A DNA stretch of 64,000 nt from Spirochaetia bacterium (GTDB lineage: Bacteria > Spirochaetota > Spirochaetia > DSM-2461). Both the position numbers and the translations under genes were made by a program. This document shows, piece after piece, positions 8,445-18,684 of the stretch (position 1 is the first letter of the stretch; each line of letters starts with the position of its first letter). The stretch spans positions 1,120,001 through 1,184,000 of the forward strand of contig CAXXIA010000001.1 in the NCBI GenBank assembly GCA_963666985.2. Reading direction: 5' to 3'. Under the pieces are notes generated by a model that was given only the letters and a program-made list of their open reading frames with translations, did no database searches and had not been told where the DNA came from.

Positions 8445-8599
8445 TTTTTCCGTCTCGTTGATGCCGCCGGATTGGTGTCAATCGGCCGGGTGAGGTATCG
8501 GCGGGATCGGTGTCGGCGGCATTCCCGCATCGGCGTTATTGATGATCCGTCGGAGTATTCAAGCGGGTTTTCATTACTTCCGTCATGAAGTTCCGAGGT

Positions 8600-9658
8600 T
8601 CACTCCGAGCTCCGAGCCCCAAGCATTCCGCAGGCCGCCTCGATACCCTGCCCTTTGCTTTTACGCGTACGGCATTCCCTTCCCGAAGATCTGATAATCC
8701 GGTGAAACCGTTCAACGGACTTCGCATCCGGAGCCTTCCAGGGAGATTCTCTCCGCGGATGATACGGAATCAGATTTACCTTCGCTTCCATTCCGTCCAT
8801 CCAGGCTATAAGTTTCTCGGCGTGATGTTCTCCATCGTTCACGCCGGGAATAAGGACATACTCGAAATATAAAACATCTTTGTGATGTGACTGAGGAGCC
8901 TCAAGCAGGGCCGCTTTCAGATCCGCAAGAGGCCAAATTTTATTGATCGGCATTAACTTATTTCTCAGCACATCGTCGGGCGCGTTCACGCTGACCGAAA
9001 GATGAAGGGTTCTGTAGGCATTATCCGGCTTTGTGTTCTCCAGATGCGTCAATCGGCGGATTCCATCGACATGTCCGGAGGTTGAAATGGAAATCCGTCT
9101 TTTGGGAATATTCGGACCGCGCGGGTCGGAAAGAATATCCACAGCCTGCAAAACGGCGTCGAAATTGTCGAAGGGCTCCCCCATTCCCATAAACACAATA
9201 TTCCGGGGAGAGAGGTCCATGCGGAACTTCAAAACGGCCCATTGAGCGATAATCTCATCAACGGTCAGGCTGCGAACCAATCCCATCCTGGCGGTTTCAC
9301 AGAAGGCACAGGCGCGTTTGCATCCCACCTGGCTCGAAACGCAAAGCGTGCTCCAGTCGGCCATGGGTATATAAACGGACTCAACCCGATATCCGTCGGC
9401 AAGCTCCAAAGCTTGCTTAACGGTCCCTTCGTCCTCCAGACGTTCGGCGATTTTCGGCAGACCGACCGCGAAATCGGATAAAATCGATTCGGCCAGTTTC
9501 CCGGAAGAGCGAAACTCACGGTTTTCCGCGACATCCGCATTGCCGCGGGAATACAGATGACGAAAAAACGCGTCGGCATGGTAAGGCCCTTTTCCGTAAA
9601 GCGTACGAAATCGTTCTCTGAGATGTTCCAAGCTGAATCCGAAGGCCTCGATGGACAT
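8600..9658 (-). CDS. rlmN: 23S rRNA (adenine(2503)-C2)-methyltransferase, radical SAM
   Basis: CVSSQVGCKRACAFC (CxxxCxxC), MGMGEP, ISTSG, EYVLI, VNLIPY, IEAACG. Confidence 0.9.
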   Translation of the reverse strand: MSIEAFGFSLEHLRERFRTLYGKGPYHADAFFRHLYSRGNADVAENREFRSSGKLAESILSDFAVGLPKIAERLEDEGTVKQALELADGYRVESVYIPMADWSTLCVSSQVGCKRACAFCETARMGLVRSLTVDEIIAQWAVLKFRMDLSPRNIVFMGMGEPFDNFDAVLQAVDILSDPRGPNIPKRRISISTSGHVDGIRRLTHLENTKPDNAYRTLHLSVSVNAPDDVLRNKLMPINKIWPLADLKAALLEAPQSHHKDVLYFEYVLIPGVNDGEHHAEKLIAWMDGMEAKVNLIPYHPRRESPWKAPDAKSVERFHRIIRSSGRECRTRKSKGQGIEAACGMLGARSSE

Positions 9659-9884
9659 CGGAGGCAGGCTACAGTCTCAAGCCGCCTCTTGACAAGAGAT
9701 TTTCAATGCGGCTTCGGAAACAAAACTCAAGGATATCAGGATGTTCGAACGCTCACGGATCATCAGGACCGATGAAATCCGATACAATCACTCGGCACGG
9801 ACGTCTTCGGCGGCTCTCATGATGCGCGCACCGGCGGCAAGTCTCTCCTTGACGAATACTTTGATGCAATCATAGTGTAGGTTC

Positions 9885-11276
9885 ATGAATCGAATTCCCA
9901 TTAAGAAGCTCCTGAGAGAACCGGGAGACGGACGTTCCGTAACGGCCTACGGCTGGATAAGAACCAAAAGAGACGGAAAAAACGTTGTTTTTTTGGAAAT
10001 CAGCGACGGATCCTCATTTTCAGGAGTTCAGGCGGTTATCGATAAATCTTCCGGAATTATCGATGAAGAAATGAACCGCAGGCTGCTGACCGGCGCCAGC
10101 GTTGAAATTCGCGGGAACTTGGTGGAATCTCAAGGAAGCGAACAGGGCGTGGAGATTCAAGCGGAAAAGGTGGATCTGCTCGGCGATGCTCCGGCGGACT
10201 ATCCGCTCCAAAAAAAGCGCCATTCCTTTGAGTTCCTTCGTGAAATCGCCCATCTTCGTCCCAGAACCAATACGTTCGGAGCCGTCGCTCGGGTTCGCAA
10301 CGCCTTGGCTTCGGCGGTTCACGGATTTTTTCAGGAACGGGGATTTCTCTGGATTCACACGCCCATCATCACCGGAAGCGATGCGGAAGGCGCCGGAAAC
10401 ATGTTCCAGGTAACAACACTCGATCTTGAGGCGCCGCCGAAAACGGCTGAAGGCGGCGTGGACTACGGCCGTGATTTCTTCGGTAAAAAAGCTCACTTAA
10501 CCGTCAGCGGACAGCTTCAGGTGGAAAACTATGCCTGCGCCATGAGCAATGTGTATACGTTCGGTCCGACCTTCCGGGCGGAAAACTCGAATACATCCCG
10601 GCACTTGTCGGAATTCTGGATGGTTGAACCTGAAATGGCTTTTTGTGATTTGGACTGCGATCGAAAGATTGCGGAAGAATTCATCCGATATCTGCTTCGG
10701 TTCGTTTTGGAAAATTGCCGCGAGGATATGGAGTTTTTCGACAAATGGATCGCCAAGGGTCTTATCGCGGATTTGGAGAAAGTTTCGCAGTCGTCCTTTA
10801 CCCATATCAGCTACACCGATGCCGTCGCCGAACTGGAAAAGGCCTCCGTCGAGTGGGAATACAAGCCTTCCTGGGGATGCGATCTGCAGGCCGAACATGA
10901 AAAATACCTTACCGAGACGATTATCGGCGGACCCGTGGCGGTTACCGACTATCCCAAAGACATAAAAGCTTTCTATATGAAGCTCAACGACGATGAAAAA
11001 ACGGTTCGCGCCATGGATGTATTGGTTCCCAGACTCGGGGAAATCATCGGAGGGAGCCAGAGGGAAGATGATCTTTCAAAACTCGCCCGGCGCATGGCTG
11101 AGATGGGAATGGATTCGGAAGAATACTCCTGGTACCTTGATTTACGGAGATATGGAACGGTTCCTCACAGCGGATTCGGACTCGGATTTGAACGGCTGGT
11201 GCAATACGTTACCGGGATGCAGAACATCCGCGACGTTATTCCTTTTCCCCGGGCACCGAAAACCATCGCGTTCTAA
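9885..11276 (+). CDS. asnS: Asparagine--tRNA ligase
   Basis: [60 protein letters not shown]. Confidence 0.97.
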   Translation: MNRIPIKKLLREPGDGRSVTAYGWIRTKRDGKNVVFLEISDGSSFSGVQAVIDKSSGIIDEEMNRRLLTGASVEIRGNLVESQGSEQGVEIQAEKVDLLGDAPADYPLQKKRHSFEFLREIAHLRPRTNTFGAVARVRNALASAVHGFFQERGFLWIHTPIITGSDAEGAGNMFQVTTLDLEAPPKTAEGGVDYGRDFFGKKAHLTVSGQLQVENYACAMSNVYTFGPTFRAENSNTSRHLSEFWMVEPEMAFCDLDCDRKIAEEFIRYLLRFVLENCREDMEFFDKWIAKGLIADLEKVSQSSFTHISYTDAVAELEKASVEWEYKPSWGCDLQAEHEKYLTETIIGGPVAVTDYPKDIKAFYMKLNDDEKTVRAMDVLVPRLGEIIGGSQREDDLSKLARRMAEMGMDSEEYSWYLDLRRYGTVPHSGFGLGFERLVQYVTGMQNIRDVIPFPRAPKTIAF

Positions 11277-11362
11277 TCGGAACTTGGATTCGACCTTGAT
11301 TCGGCCTGCCGAAAGCGGAGTTCCATCTTCCCCGCCTTCGGCGTTCGGTCTACAATGTTTCC

Positions 11363-12310
11363 ATGCCCGATAAAAACATCATGATCTTTCCAGGCTCCGG
11401 GAGCCGTGAACTTACCGCTTCGATTTGCCGCCTGCTGAACGTTCCGGTACGCTCGGCCGTTACCCGAACCTTTTCCGACGGCAACACGTTCGTCCATGTG
11501 GGTGAAAATGTTCGCGGCCGAGATGTTTTTATCATCCAATCGACCATACACAGAACCAACGATATGTTCATGGAACTCCTCTTCTGGGTTGATGCGTTCA
11601 AACGCGCCAGCGCGGCGACGGTTACCGCAGTTATTCCTTATTTCAGCTACGGTAAAGGCGACAAAAAAGACGAACCGCGCGTATCCATCCGCGCGCGCGT
11701 CTGCGCCGACGCCCTGGAATCGGTCGGATGCGACCGAGTGGTGACCATGGATCTCCATTCTCCGCAGATTCAAGGTTTCTTCCGAATCCCGGTGGACAAT
11801 TTGGTCGGTTTTCAAGCCCTTTGCGATCAGGTTCGCGCCGACGGCGCGGAAAATCTCACCGTTGTTTCGGCCGATACGGGTTTTGCCGAGCAGGCGCGCC
11901 ATTTCGCTCATTACCTGGGCGTTCCCGTGGCAATCAGCGTTAAGCAGCGGACGGATCACAGTGAACAAGCCAAGGTTATCGACATTATGGGTGATGTCCG
12001 AGGACGGACGGCTCTGATTGTTGATGATTTTGTTATTTCGGGCGGAACACTGGCGGCCGATGCCGAAAATCTCAAAAAGAAAGGCGCCGCCAAAGTGATG
12101 GCCGCCGTAACCCACGGTGTGTTCTCAAAAGGTTCCATGACCAAACTCGCCGCTTCCGAAATCGAAACCATCTATGTAACCGACAGCGTTGAGAATCGTC
12201 CCGAACCTCTTATCGATAAGGTTCGAATCGTACCCGTGGCATCCTGCTTCGCCGAGGCCATCCGAAGAATTTCCCGCAAAGAATCAATCAGCGAAATGTT
12301 TCCCGACTAA
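11363..12310 (+). CDS. prs: Ribose-phosphate pyrophosphokinase
   Basis: FSDG...VRGRDVF, VIPYFSY, MDLHSPQIQGFF, VDDFVISGGTL, THGVFS. Confidence 0.95.
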   Translation: MPDKNIMIFPGSGSRELTASICRLLNVPVRSAVTRTFSDGNTFVHVGENVRGRDVFIIQSTIHRTNDMFMELLFWVDAFKRASAATVTAVIPYFSYGKGDKKDEPRVSIRARVCADALESVGCDRVVTMDLHSPQIQGFFRIPVDNLVGFQALCDQVRADGAENLTVVSADTGFAEQARHFAHYLGVPVAISVKQRTDHSEQAKVIDIMGDVRGRTALIVDDFVISGGTLAADAENLKKKGAAKVMAAVTHGVFSKGSMTKLAASEIETIYVTDSVENRPEPLIDKVRIVPVASCFAEAIRRISRKESISEMFPD

Positions 12311-12408
12311 CCGAACCGAATGCCTGGACGGAAGAAGCGGAACCGGCCTATTCTTGTATAAAAGACGCCGGCTTCACCGGCGCACCACCCCCTTTAAGGA
12401 GCATCATC

Positions 12409-13308
12409 GTGGATTCAACTCTCGTAATAATGGCCGCCGGAATGGGCAGCAGATACGGAGGAATCAAACAGATCGATCCCATGGGTCCGGGCGGCGAAAT
12501 CCTCCTGGATTACTCGGTACATGACGCGGCCGAAGCAGGCTTCAACAAAGTCGTCTTCATCATCAGAAAAGATATCGAAACCGCCTTTCGGGAATCTGTC
12601 GGAACCCGTTTTGAAGGTAAAATCGACGTCGACTATGCCTTTCAGGAACTCGACGCCCTTCCTCCGGGATTCTCCGTTCCCGAAGGCCGCGTCAAGCCCT
12701 GGGGAACCGGACAGGCCGTTCTCTCCTGCAAGGGAATCGTTACCAGTCCGTTCGTCGTTATCAACGCGGACGACTTCTACGGAGCCGGAGCCTTCCTCCA
12801 GGGAGCCAAGGGACTGGCGTCACTGAATCCCGAGACACTGCGGGGCTTTATCGTCGGCTACCGTCTTTCGAATACCCTCAGTCCTCACGGTTATGTGACA
12901 CGGGGAGTCTGCACATCGGAAAACGGAAAACTGAAAACCGTTACGGAACGGTTTAAAATCGGCCGCAACGCGGAAGGAACCGTAGAGTATCAGGACGGAG
13001 AGAGCAGCCATCCGCTTACCGGAGAGGAACTGGTATCCATGAATTTCTGGGGGTTCACTCCGGTATTGTTCGATGCTCTTGAGGAGCGCTTCGAAGAGTT
13101 TCTCAAAGAAAACGGAAAAGAGATGAAAAGCGAATACCTCATTCCTTCCGAAGTCGACGCCCTGATCAATTCCGGACGTATGAGTATTGATGTTCTCAGC
13201 ACGGATGCTTCGTGGTTCGGAGTCACCTATCCCGAGGATAAACCCGCCGTGAAAGCCGCCCTTGCCGAACTGGTGAAAAAAGGAGTCTACGACACGCCTC
13301 TTTGGTAA
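12409..13308 (+). CDS. Sugar-phosphate nucleotidyltransferase (NTP transferase family)
   Basis: MAAGMGSRYGGIKQ, KPWGTGQAV, VINADDFYG, VSMNFWGF, WFGVTY; GTG start with AAGGAG RBS. Confidence 0.85.
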   Translation: MDSTLVIMAAGMGSRYGGIKQIDPMGPGGEILLDYSVHDAAEAGFNKVVFIIRKDIETAFRESVGTRFEGKIDVDYAFQELDALPPGFSVPEGRVKPWGTGQAVLSCKGIVTSPFVVINADDFYGAGAFLQGAKGLASLNPETLRGFIVGYRLSNTLSPHGYVTRGVCTSENGKLKTVTERFKIGRNAEGTVEYQDGESSHPLTGEELVSMNFWGFTPVLFDALEERFEEFLKENGKEMKSEYLIPSEVDALINSGRMSIDVLSTDASWFGVTYPEDKPAVKAALAELVKKGVYDTPLW

Positions 13309-13564
13309 TTCGGAAAAAGACCGTTCGCCGAGAAGCCGTCCGCGCTTCAGGATCTTCTCGGCGGCGGAGGCGATGAAGAACCAAGCTTCTCCGTTACGGG
13401 CGTTCAAGCAAGATGCCGAATCGAAAGCGAAACAGCGCGGCTATTATCGCATCAGGCAGGAACCGCATGGAAATTCTGAGCACCGCCGAACGCCGCGGAG
13501 GGCGCCATAAGATCCTTTTTCAGCAATCTGCCGAAGCAACCTATCCGTAAAAAGAAGAAATTAA

Positions 13565-14062
13565 ATGACGACTATCGAAGATATAATTAAAAATCTCAAT
13601 CTTTCCCCGCATGCCGAAGGCGGCTGGTTCCGTCAAACATACGCATCCGGAGGTTCCATCCCCGGGACGGTTCTCCCCGCCCACCGTGCCGCACGTCCCT
13701 TCTCAACTTCCATCCTGTTTCTTCTGACCGCCGAAAATTTTTCCGCCTTTCACAGGATTGCTTCGGATGAAATCTGGTACCACCATGAAGGCGATCCGGT
13801 GGATATCCATATAATCGATGCTCAAGGATCTCTGGAATGCAGGACGCTCGGTCCGGCGTCTTTGGGCTACTCACCCCAAGCAGCGGTTGAAGCCGGTTCC
13901 TGGTTCGCCTCTTCGCTCGCTCCGGAAGGGAAATGGGCCTTAACCGGCTGCGCCGTCGCGCCGGGATTCGATTACAGTGATTTCGAATTAGCCGACAGAG
14001 CCGCGCTTACAGCGGAATTTCCTTCTCACGCACGGACCATCGCGGCTTATACGAGAGTCTGA
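13565..14062 (+). CDS. Cupin_5 (DUF985) family protein
   Basis: LSPHAEGGWFRQT, TSILFLL, FHRIASDEIWYHHEG, WFAS, CAVAPGFDYSDFEL. Confidence 0.9.
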   Translation: MTTIEDIIKNLNLSPHAEGGWFRQTYASGGSIPGTVLPAHRAARPFSTSILFLLTAENFSAFHRIASDEIWYHHEGDPVDIHIIDAQGSLECRTLGPASLGYSPQAAVEAGSWFASSLAPEGKWALTGCAVAPGFDYSDFELADRAALTAEFPSHARTIAAYTRV

Positions 14063-14147
14063 CGGCCTCGGGATACGGCGAGAGGTTGGTCTCAGAGGCG
14101 AATTTTCCTTAAGAAAGCGGCGAGGATTTCCGCATCGTCATGCCGCG

Positions 14148-15422
14148 TTACGGTGAAACTCTTCTTCTGTCTCTCGGGAAGAGCGTAGCTTCCTTGATGT
14201 TCTGCAATCCGAGGATTTTCTGAGTAATCCGCTCAAGCCCGATGGCGAAGCCTCCATGGGGAGGACAGCCGTACTTGAAGATATCCTCGTAAGCGCCGAG
14301 TTCGCCGGGCTTCATGCCGAATTTCGGGAGGGCTTCCATCAGCATGGCATATTCGTTGATTCGCCGGCCGCCCGTGGTGATTTCCAATCCGCGGAAAATA
14401 AGATCGAAGCTCATGGTTTTCTGCCCCAACGGATACGTATAGAAAGGTCGTTTGCGTCTCGGGAACTCATTCACGAAAACCATTGGAATACCGTACTCTT
14501 TCTCGGCCCAGTCGCAGAGAACTCTTTCGGCTTCCGGATTGATTTCAAGGGCGCGCTGCCCGGTGATGTCCTTGAATATTTTTTTCGCCTCTTCATGAGG
14601 AATAATAGGGGCTTTCCCGCAGGAAGAGGGGTCGGGAACCGTAGCGTTCCACGCATCCAGTTCCGCTTGATTCTCGCGGGCCACGGTCTCGAAAAGATAG
14701 GCCATGAATCTTCGCTCGATTTCCATCAAGGGCTTTTCGGATTCGATGAATCCCATCTCGATATCCAGGGAGACATATTCGTTGATATGGCGCGGCGTTT
14801 CGTGCTTTTCGGCACGGTAAGCGTGGCCGATTTCGAACACCCGTTCCAAACCGCTGGCGACCATGGTCTGCTTGTACAGCTGGGGGGATTGGGCCAAATA
14901 GGCCGTTTTTCCGAAATAATCCATGGTAAAAAGATTCGTTCCGCCTTCCGAACCCCCGCCGATAATCTTGCTGGTTTTTATCTGAGTAAAACCCTCGGAA
15001 CGAAAAAACTCCGCGAACGTCTTTACGATATTCGCCTGCAATTTAAAGATGGAAAGGATTTTGGGATTTCGAAGACTGATCATCCGGTTGTCCAAGATCG
15101 TTTCAAGTCCGATCTGATCCGGATCCTGGTTTACGGCCACCGGAAGATCCGGGGCGGCCGGAGCCAGAACTTTAAATTCTTCCATGGCGATTTCGGCGCC
15201 GCCGGGAGCCTTATCGTTTGATGTGACCTTGCCGGATGCCGATATTACGGATTCGGCGGTCACCGGAAAGTCATCGCCGGTAACCAGCTGGATCATACCA
15301 GAACGGTCCCGCAGGATAATGAACGTTACGCCGCCGAGATCGCGAATCCTGTGGACCCATCCGGAGACCTGAACGGTTTCTCCTGTTTTTTTAAGTGCTT
15401 CCGCGGCTAAAGTTCTGTCCAT
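14148..15422 (-). CDS. aspS: Aspartate--tRNA(Asp/Asn) ligase, short archaeal-type non-discriminating AspRS
   Basis: 424 aa with no GAD insert; WVHRIRDLGG, KAPGG, LAQSPQLYKQ, YRAEKHETPRH, PPHGGFAIGLER; lies directly after gatCAB. Confidence 0.92.
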   Translation of the reverse strand: MDRTLAAEALKKTGETVQVSGWVHRIRDLGGVTFIILRDRSGMIQLVTGDDFPVTAESVISASGKVTSNDKAPGGAEIAMEEFKVLAPAAPDLPVAVNQDPDQIGLETILDNRMISLRNPKILSIFKLQANIVKTFAEFFRSEGFTQIKTSKIIGGGSEGGTNLFTMDYFGKTAYLAQSPQLYKQTMVASGLERVFEIGHAYRAEKHETPRHINEYVSLDIEMGFIESEKPLMEIERRFMAYLFETVARENQAELDAWNATVPDPSSCGKAPIIPHEEAKKIFKDITGQRALEINPEAERVLCDWAEKEYGIPMVFVNEFPRRKRPFYTYPLGQKTMSFDLIFRGLEITTGGRRINEYAMLMEALPKFGMKPGELGAYEDIFKYGCPPHGGFAIGLERITQKILGLQNIKEATLFPRDRRRVSP

Positions 15423-15505
15423 TTCATCATTCCTTCATTACTAAATCGCTTGAGCCGGTCCTGTTTCCCCGGAAACATCCATCCGCCTCGGGCAAGCCGA
15501 CTCAA

Positions 15506-16939
15506 TCAGCCTTTAAGTTCTTCGTCGAGAATACGGCCCGCAATATCCGGTGAGGCCTTTCCGTCGGTCGCTTTCATGATTTGTCCCATGAGCCATCCGC
15601 GCTGTTTCGCCTCACCGTTTCTGACGGCTTCCACCACATCGGGATGTGACGCGAAAACGACACGAATCGCTTCGGTCAGAATTTTCGGATCGGTTATTTG
15701 CGACCATCCTTCGTCTTCGACGATTTTCTTGGGATCTTCGTTACGCGCAAAAACTTCATCAAGAACATTTTTCGCGATTTTTCCGCTGATAAGGCCCTCA
15801 TCGATAAGGCCGATCAGCTCGGCGAGACGCGCGGCGTTCAGCGGACTTTCGGTCAGTGCGATTCCCTGGCGATTGAGAACCTTGCGGATATCCGACGAAA
15901 GCCATGCCGCTATGGTTCGAGCCTTAGCCCCCAAGGAGACGGCCTCTTCAAAAAGGGCGGCCGTACCGGCTTCATCATGGATGAACTCGGCTTGCTCCGG
16001 CGTAATGTCGTACTCGGCCGTCAAACGCCGTTTTTTGGCCAGCGGCAGTTCGACCATTCTTTGTTCAACTCGTGAAAGAAAGGCCTCATCAGGCTCAAAC
16101 GGCGGGATATCGGGCTCCGGGAAATACCTATAGTCGTCGGCGGCTTCCTTGCGCCGCATGGTTTCGGTAATATCTCGGTTTTCGTTCCACAATCGGGTTT
16201 CCTGCACGAGCTCTCCGCCGGAATCAAGAACTCCGGCCTGCCTTTCGGCCTCGTAATTCATGGCAAGACGAACGAATCTCGGGGAGTTCATATTTTTTAT
16301 CTCCACTTTCGTTCCAAGACCCTTGCCGCGAAGGTTGATGGATATGTTGGCGTCGCATTTCATCGAACCTTCATCCATATTGCCGTCGCTGACGCCGAGG
16401 TATCGTACAAGCCTCTGAAAATCCCTTAAAAACGCTTCCGTTTCTTCCCCCGATTTCAAATCGGGCTCGGTAACGATTTCCAGCAAAGGGTATCCGGCGC
16501 GGTTGAAGTCCAAGAGTGTTACGTCGCCGGCATGAATCATCTTTCCGGCGTCCTCTTCAAGATGAACATCGTGAATCCGAATATCGCGGGTACCGGATTC
16601 ACCGAGGTCGGCTTTCATCAGACCTTCAACGCCTACGGGATTTTCAAACTGTGAAATCTGATAGTTCTTGGGCATGTCCGGATAAAAATAATTTTTTCGG
16701 GCGAAACCGGTCCGCATGGAAAGTCTGCACCCCAAGGCTCGGGCCACCAAATAGCCAAGTTCCATGGCCTTTTTATTAACCTGCGGCAGAGTTCCCGGAT
16801 ATCCCAAGCAGACGGGGCACACATTGGTGTTCGGATCGTCTCCGTACCGCGCCCGGCAGGAACAAAACATCTTTGATTCGGTCTTCAGATGAATATGGAT
16901 TTCCAGTCCGATGAAGACTTCGTATTTCTCAGTGTTCAT
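15506..16939 (-). CDS. gatB: Asp-tRNA(Asn)/Glu-tRNA(Gln) amidotransferase subunit B
   Basis: IGLEIH, RKNYFYPDMPKNYQISQ, HLEEDAGK, DFNRAGYPLLEIV, EIKNMNS, DYRYFPEPD. Confidence 0.97.
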   Translation of the reverse strand: MNTEKYEVFIGLEIHIHLKTESKMFCSCRARYGDDPNTNVCPVCLGYPGTLPQVNKKAMELGYLVARALGCRLSMRTGFARKNYFYPDMPKNYQISQFENPVGVEGLMKADLGESGTRDIRIHDVHLEEDAGKMIHAGDVTLLDFNRAGYPLLEIVTEPDLKSGEETEAFLRDFQRLVRYLGVSDGNMDEGSMKCDANISINLRGKGLGTKVEIKNMNSPRFVRLAMNYEAERQAGVLDSGGELVQETRLWNENRDITETMRRKEAADDYRYFPEPDIPPFEPDEAFLSRVEQRMVELPLAKKRRLTAEYDITPEQAEFIHDEAGTAALFEEAVSLGAKARTIAAWLSSDIRKVLNRQGIALTESPLNAARLAELIGLIDEGLISGKIAKNVLDEVFARNEDPKKIVEDEGWSQITDPKILTEAIRVVFASHPDVVEAVRNGEAKQRGWLMGQIMKATDGKASPDIAGRILDEELKG

Positions 16940-18333
16940 GAAAAACTCCGCGGATTCAGGGCACAGGGTGCAAGCTGCGGCATATAGATTTTCGAAAGAC
17001 TTCGGGCCGCGGCGAACAGTCGTTCTTCCGCGAATGCGGGCGCCATAAGCTGAATCCCCGTGGGCAGTCCCTTCGATAGGCCGGTCGGAACGGAAAGCGC
17101 GGGAAGTCCCGCGAGATTGGCCAGACAGGTAAAGACATCGGCAACCCGCTGTCTGTAGTCATCCATGCCGTCGTCGCCATAAAGAAAGGCTTGTGTGGGG
17201 AAAACCGGCATAAGAAGCAAATCGGCCGATTGAAACAGATCCGCCAATTGTTTTCGGATAAGCGTTCTGACTTTCTGTGCCCTGCCGTAATACTGATCCT
17301 GAAAACCGGATCGGAGCACATAGGTTCCCAGAAGAATGCGCAGCTTCACCTCATCGCCGAATCCCTCGTGCCGTGCCAGCTTCATGAGTTCCACGGGATT
17401 TTCCGCATAATCAGGAGCATATCCGTAACGGATGCCGTTGAACCTGGCGAGATTCGCGCTGGCCTCGGCCGTCGCGATGGTGTAATAAGCGGGAACGACA
17501 AGATCATAGGAAGGAAGCGCGAATGATTCCACCGTATATCCCGCTTCGGAAAGAGCCTTTGCCGCATCGGCGTAGGCTTCGGCCACCGCGCTGTCAAGAA
17601 CACCTTCGGGAATGTCGAGCACCTTAATCCTTTTTTCCCCGGAACCCGGCGGATCGGAATCAACGGAACTCTGGTCCCTTTCATCCTTGCCGGCCGACAT
17701 CACCGTAAAGGCCTTTTGAAGAAGATCGATATCCGCGCTCATCGCTCCGATCACTTCAAGCGACGACGCATAGGCGGTCAGTCCGTATCGGGAAACCGTT
17801 CCGTAGGTGGGTTTAAGTCCGTAGATTCCGCAAAAGGATGCCGGCTGGCGCACGGATCCCCCGGTATCGCTTCCGAGGGCCAGAGGAACAAGGCCTGCGG
17901 CGACCGCCGCGGCGCTTCCCCCGCTGGAACCTCCAGGAACCCTATCGAAGTCCCAGGGATTCACCGTTTTTCCAAGAGCGGAATGTTCGGTTGAGGAGCC
18001 CATGCCGAACTCGTCAAGATTCGTTTTCCCCACCACCGAGGCACCGGCGGCCTGAAGCCGTTCAACGGCGGTTGCCGTGTACGGCGCGATGAGATTTTCC
18101 AGAATCTTCGATCCGCAGGTCAGCGGTCTTCCCTTTACGGCGATATTATCCTTAACGGCAACGGGGATACCGTCGAGAGAACCTTTACCGCCGATCGCCG
18201 ATTCGGAATCCGCGGCATTAAAACTGAGGAAGGAACCGATACGTTCGTCGATTTTCTCAACGCCGTCGGCGTAAATTTTACATAAAGCGGGGTCGGCCAA
18301 GACCCCCCTCCAGTCTTCTGCATATACCGGCAT
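16936..18333 (-). CDS. gatA: Asp-tRNA(Asn)/Glu-tRNA(Gln) amidotransferase subunit A
   Basis: VKDNI, KTNLDEFGMGSS, GGSSGGS, GSDTGGSVRQPA, EASANLARF, RILLGTYVL. Confidence 0.96.
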   Translation of the reverse strand: MPVYAEDWRGVLADPALCKIYADGVEKIDERIGSFLSFNAADSESAIGGKGSLDGIPVAVKDNIAVKGRPLTCGSKILENLIAPYTATAVERLQAAGASVVGKTNLDEFGMGSSTEHSALGKTVNPWDFDRVPGGSSGGSAAAVAAGLVPLALGSDTGGSVRQPASFCGIYGLKPTYGTVSRYGLTAYASSLEVIGAMSADIDLLQKAFTVMSAGKDERDQSSVDSDPPGSGEKRIKVLDIPEGVLDSAVAEAYADAAKALSEAGYTVESFALPSYDLVVPAYYTIATAEASANLARFNGIRYGYAPDYAENPVELMKLARHEGFGDEVKLRILLGTYVLRSGFQDQYYGRAQKVRTLIRKQLADLFQSADLLLMPVFPTQAFLYGDDGMDDYRQRVADVFTCLANLAGLPALSVPTGLSKGLPTGIQLMAPAFAEERLFAAARSLSKIYMPQLAPCALNPRSFS

Positions 18334-18345
18334 GAAAAGCCTCTT

Positions 18346-18630
18346 CTAGAGTACGTTGGGGATGAGGAAGAACTCGTCTTCCGTCTCTGGGGATGCGTCC
18401 AGCAAATCGCCGACATGATCAAATCCGGAGACATCGTCTTCACGGATTCTGTTTTCCCTAACCAATGCATGAGTCGTTGGTTCCAATCCTTCAACATCCG
18501 CTCGGGACATCGTCTGGAAAAGTTCCCTCATTTTCTCGGCTTCATCCGCTAAACGGAGTGCCTCGGTTTCATCGAGTTTTAATCGTGCGAGTTCGGCCGT
18601 CAGCGACCATTCGTCTTGAGCGCGCGCCAT
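18346..18630 (-). CDS. gatC: Asp-tRNA(Asn)/Glu-tRNA(Gln) amidotransferase subunit C
   Basis: 94 aa, AELARLKL...DVEGLEPT...REDD...APE-like...FFLIPNVL; first gene of gatCAB. Confidence 0.9.
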   Translation of the reverse strand: MARAQDEWSLTAELARLKLDETEALRLADEAEKMRELFQTMSRADVEGLEPTTHALVRENRIREDDVSGFDHVGDLLDASPETEDEFFLIPNVL

Positions 18631-18635
18631 GAAGT

Positions 18636-18665
18636 TTTATACATGCCGCCGGGAGCGGGTGTCAA
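18636..18665 (-). promoter_or_regulatory. Putative leaderless-type promoter of gatCAB-aspS
   Basis: TTGACA-18 bp-(TG)TATAAA, 5 nt before the ATG; no SD. Confidence 0.55.
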
Positions 18666-18684
18666 TAACAGGCGTCCGTCGGAT

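Noticed and set aside
13309..13564. Possible tRNA or ncRNA in longer intergenic gaps (also 4574-4750, 31093-31219, 33091-33227, 35704-35950)
   Set aside because: Only isolated hairpins; no cloverleaf, T-loop or riboswitch signature recognised by eye. An Infernal/Rfam scan would be needed to exclude them.
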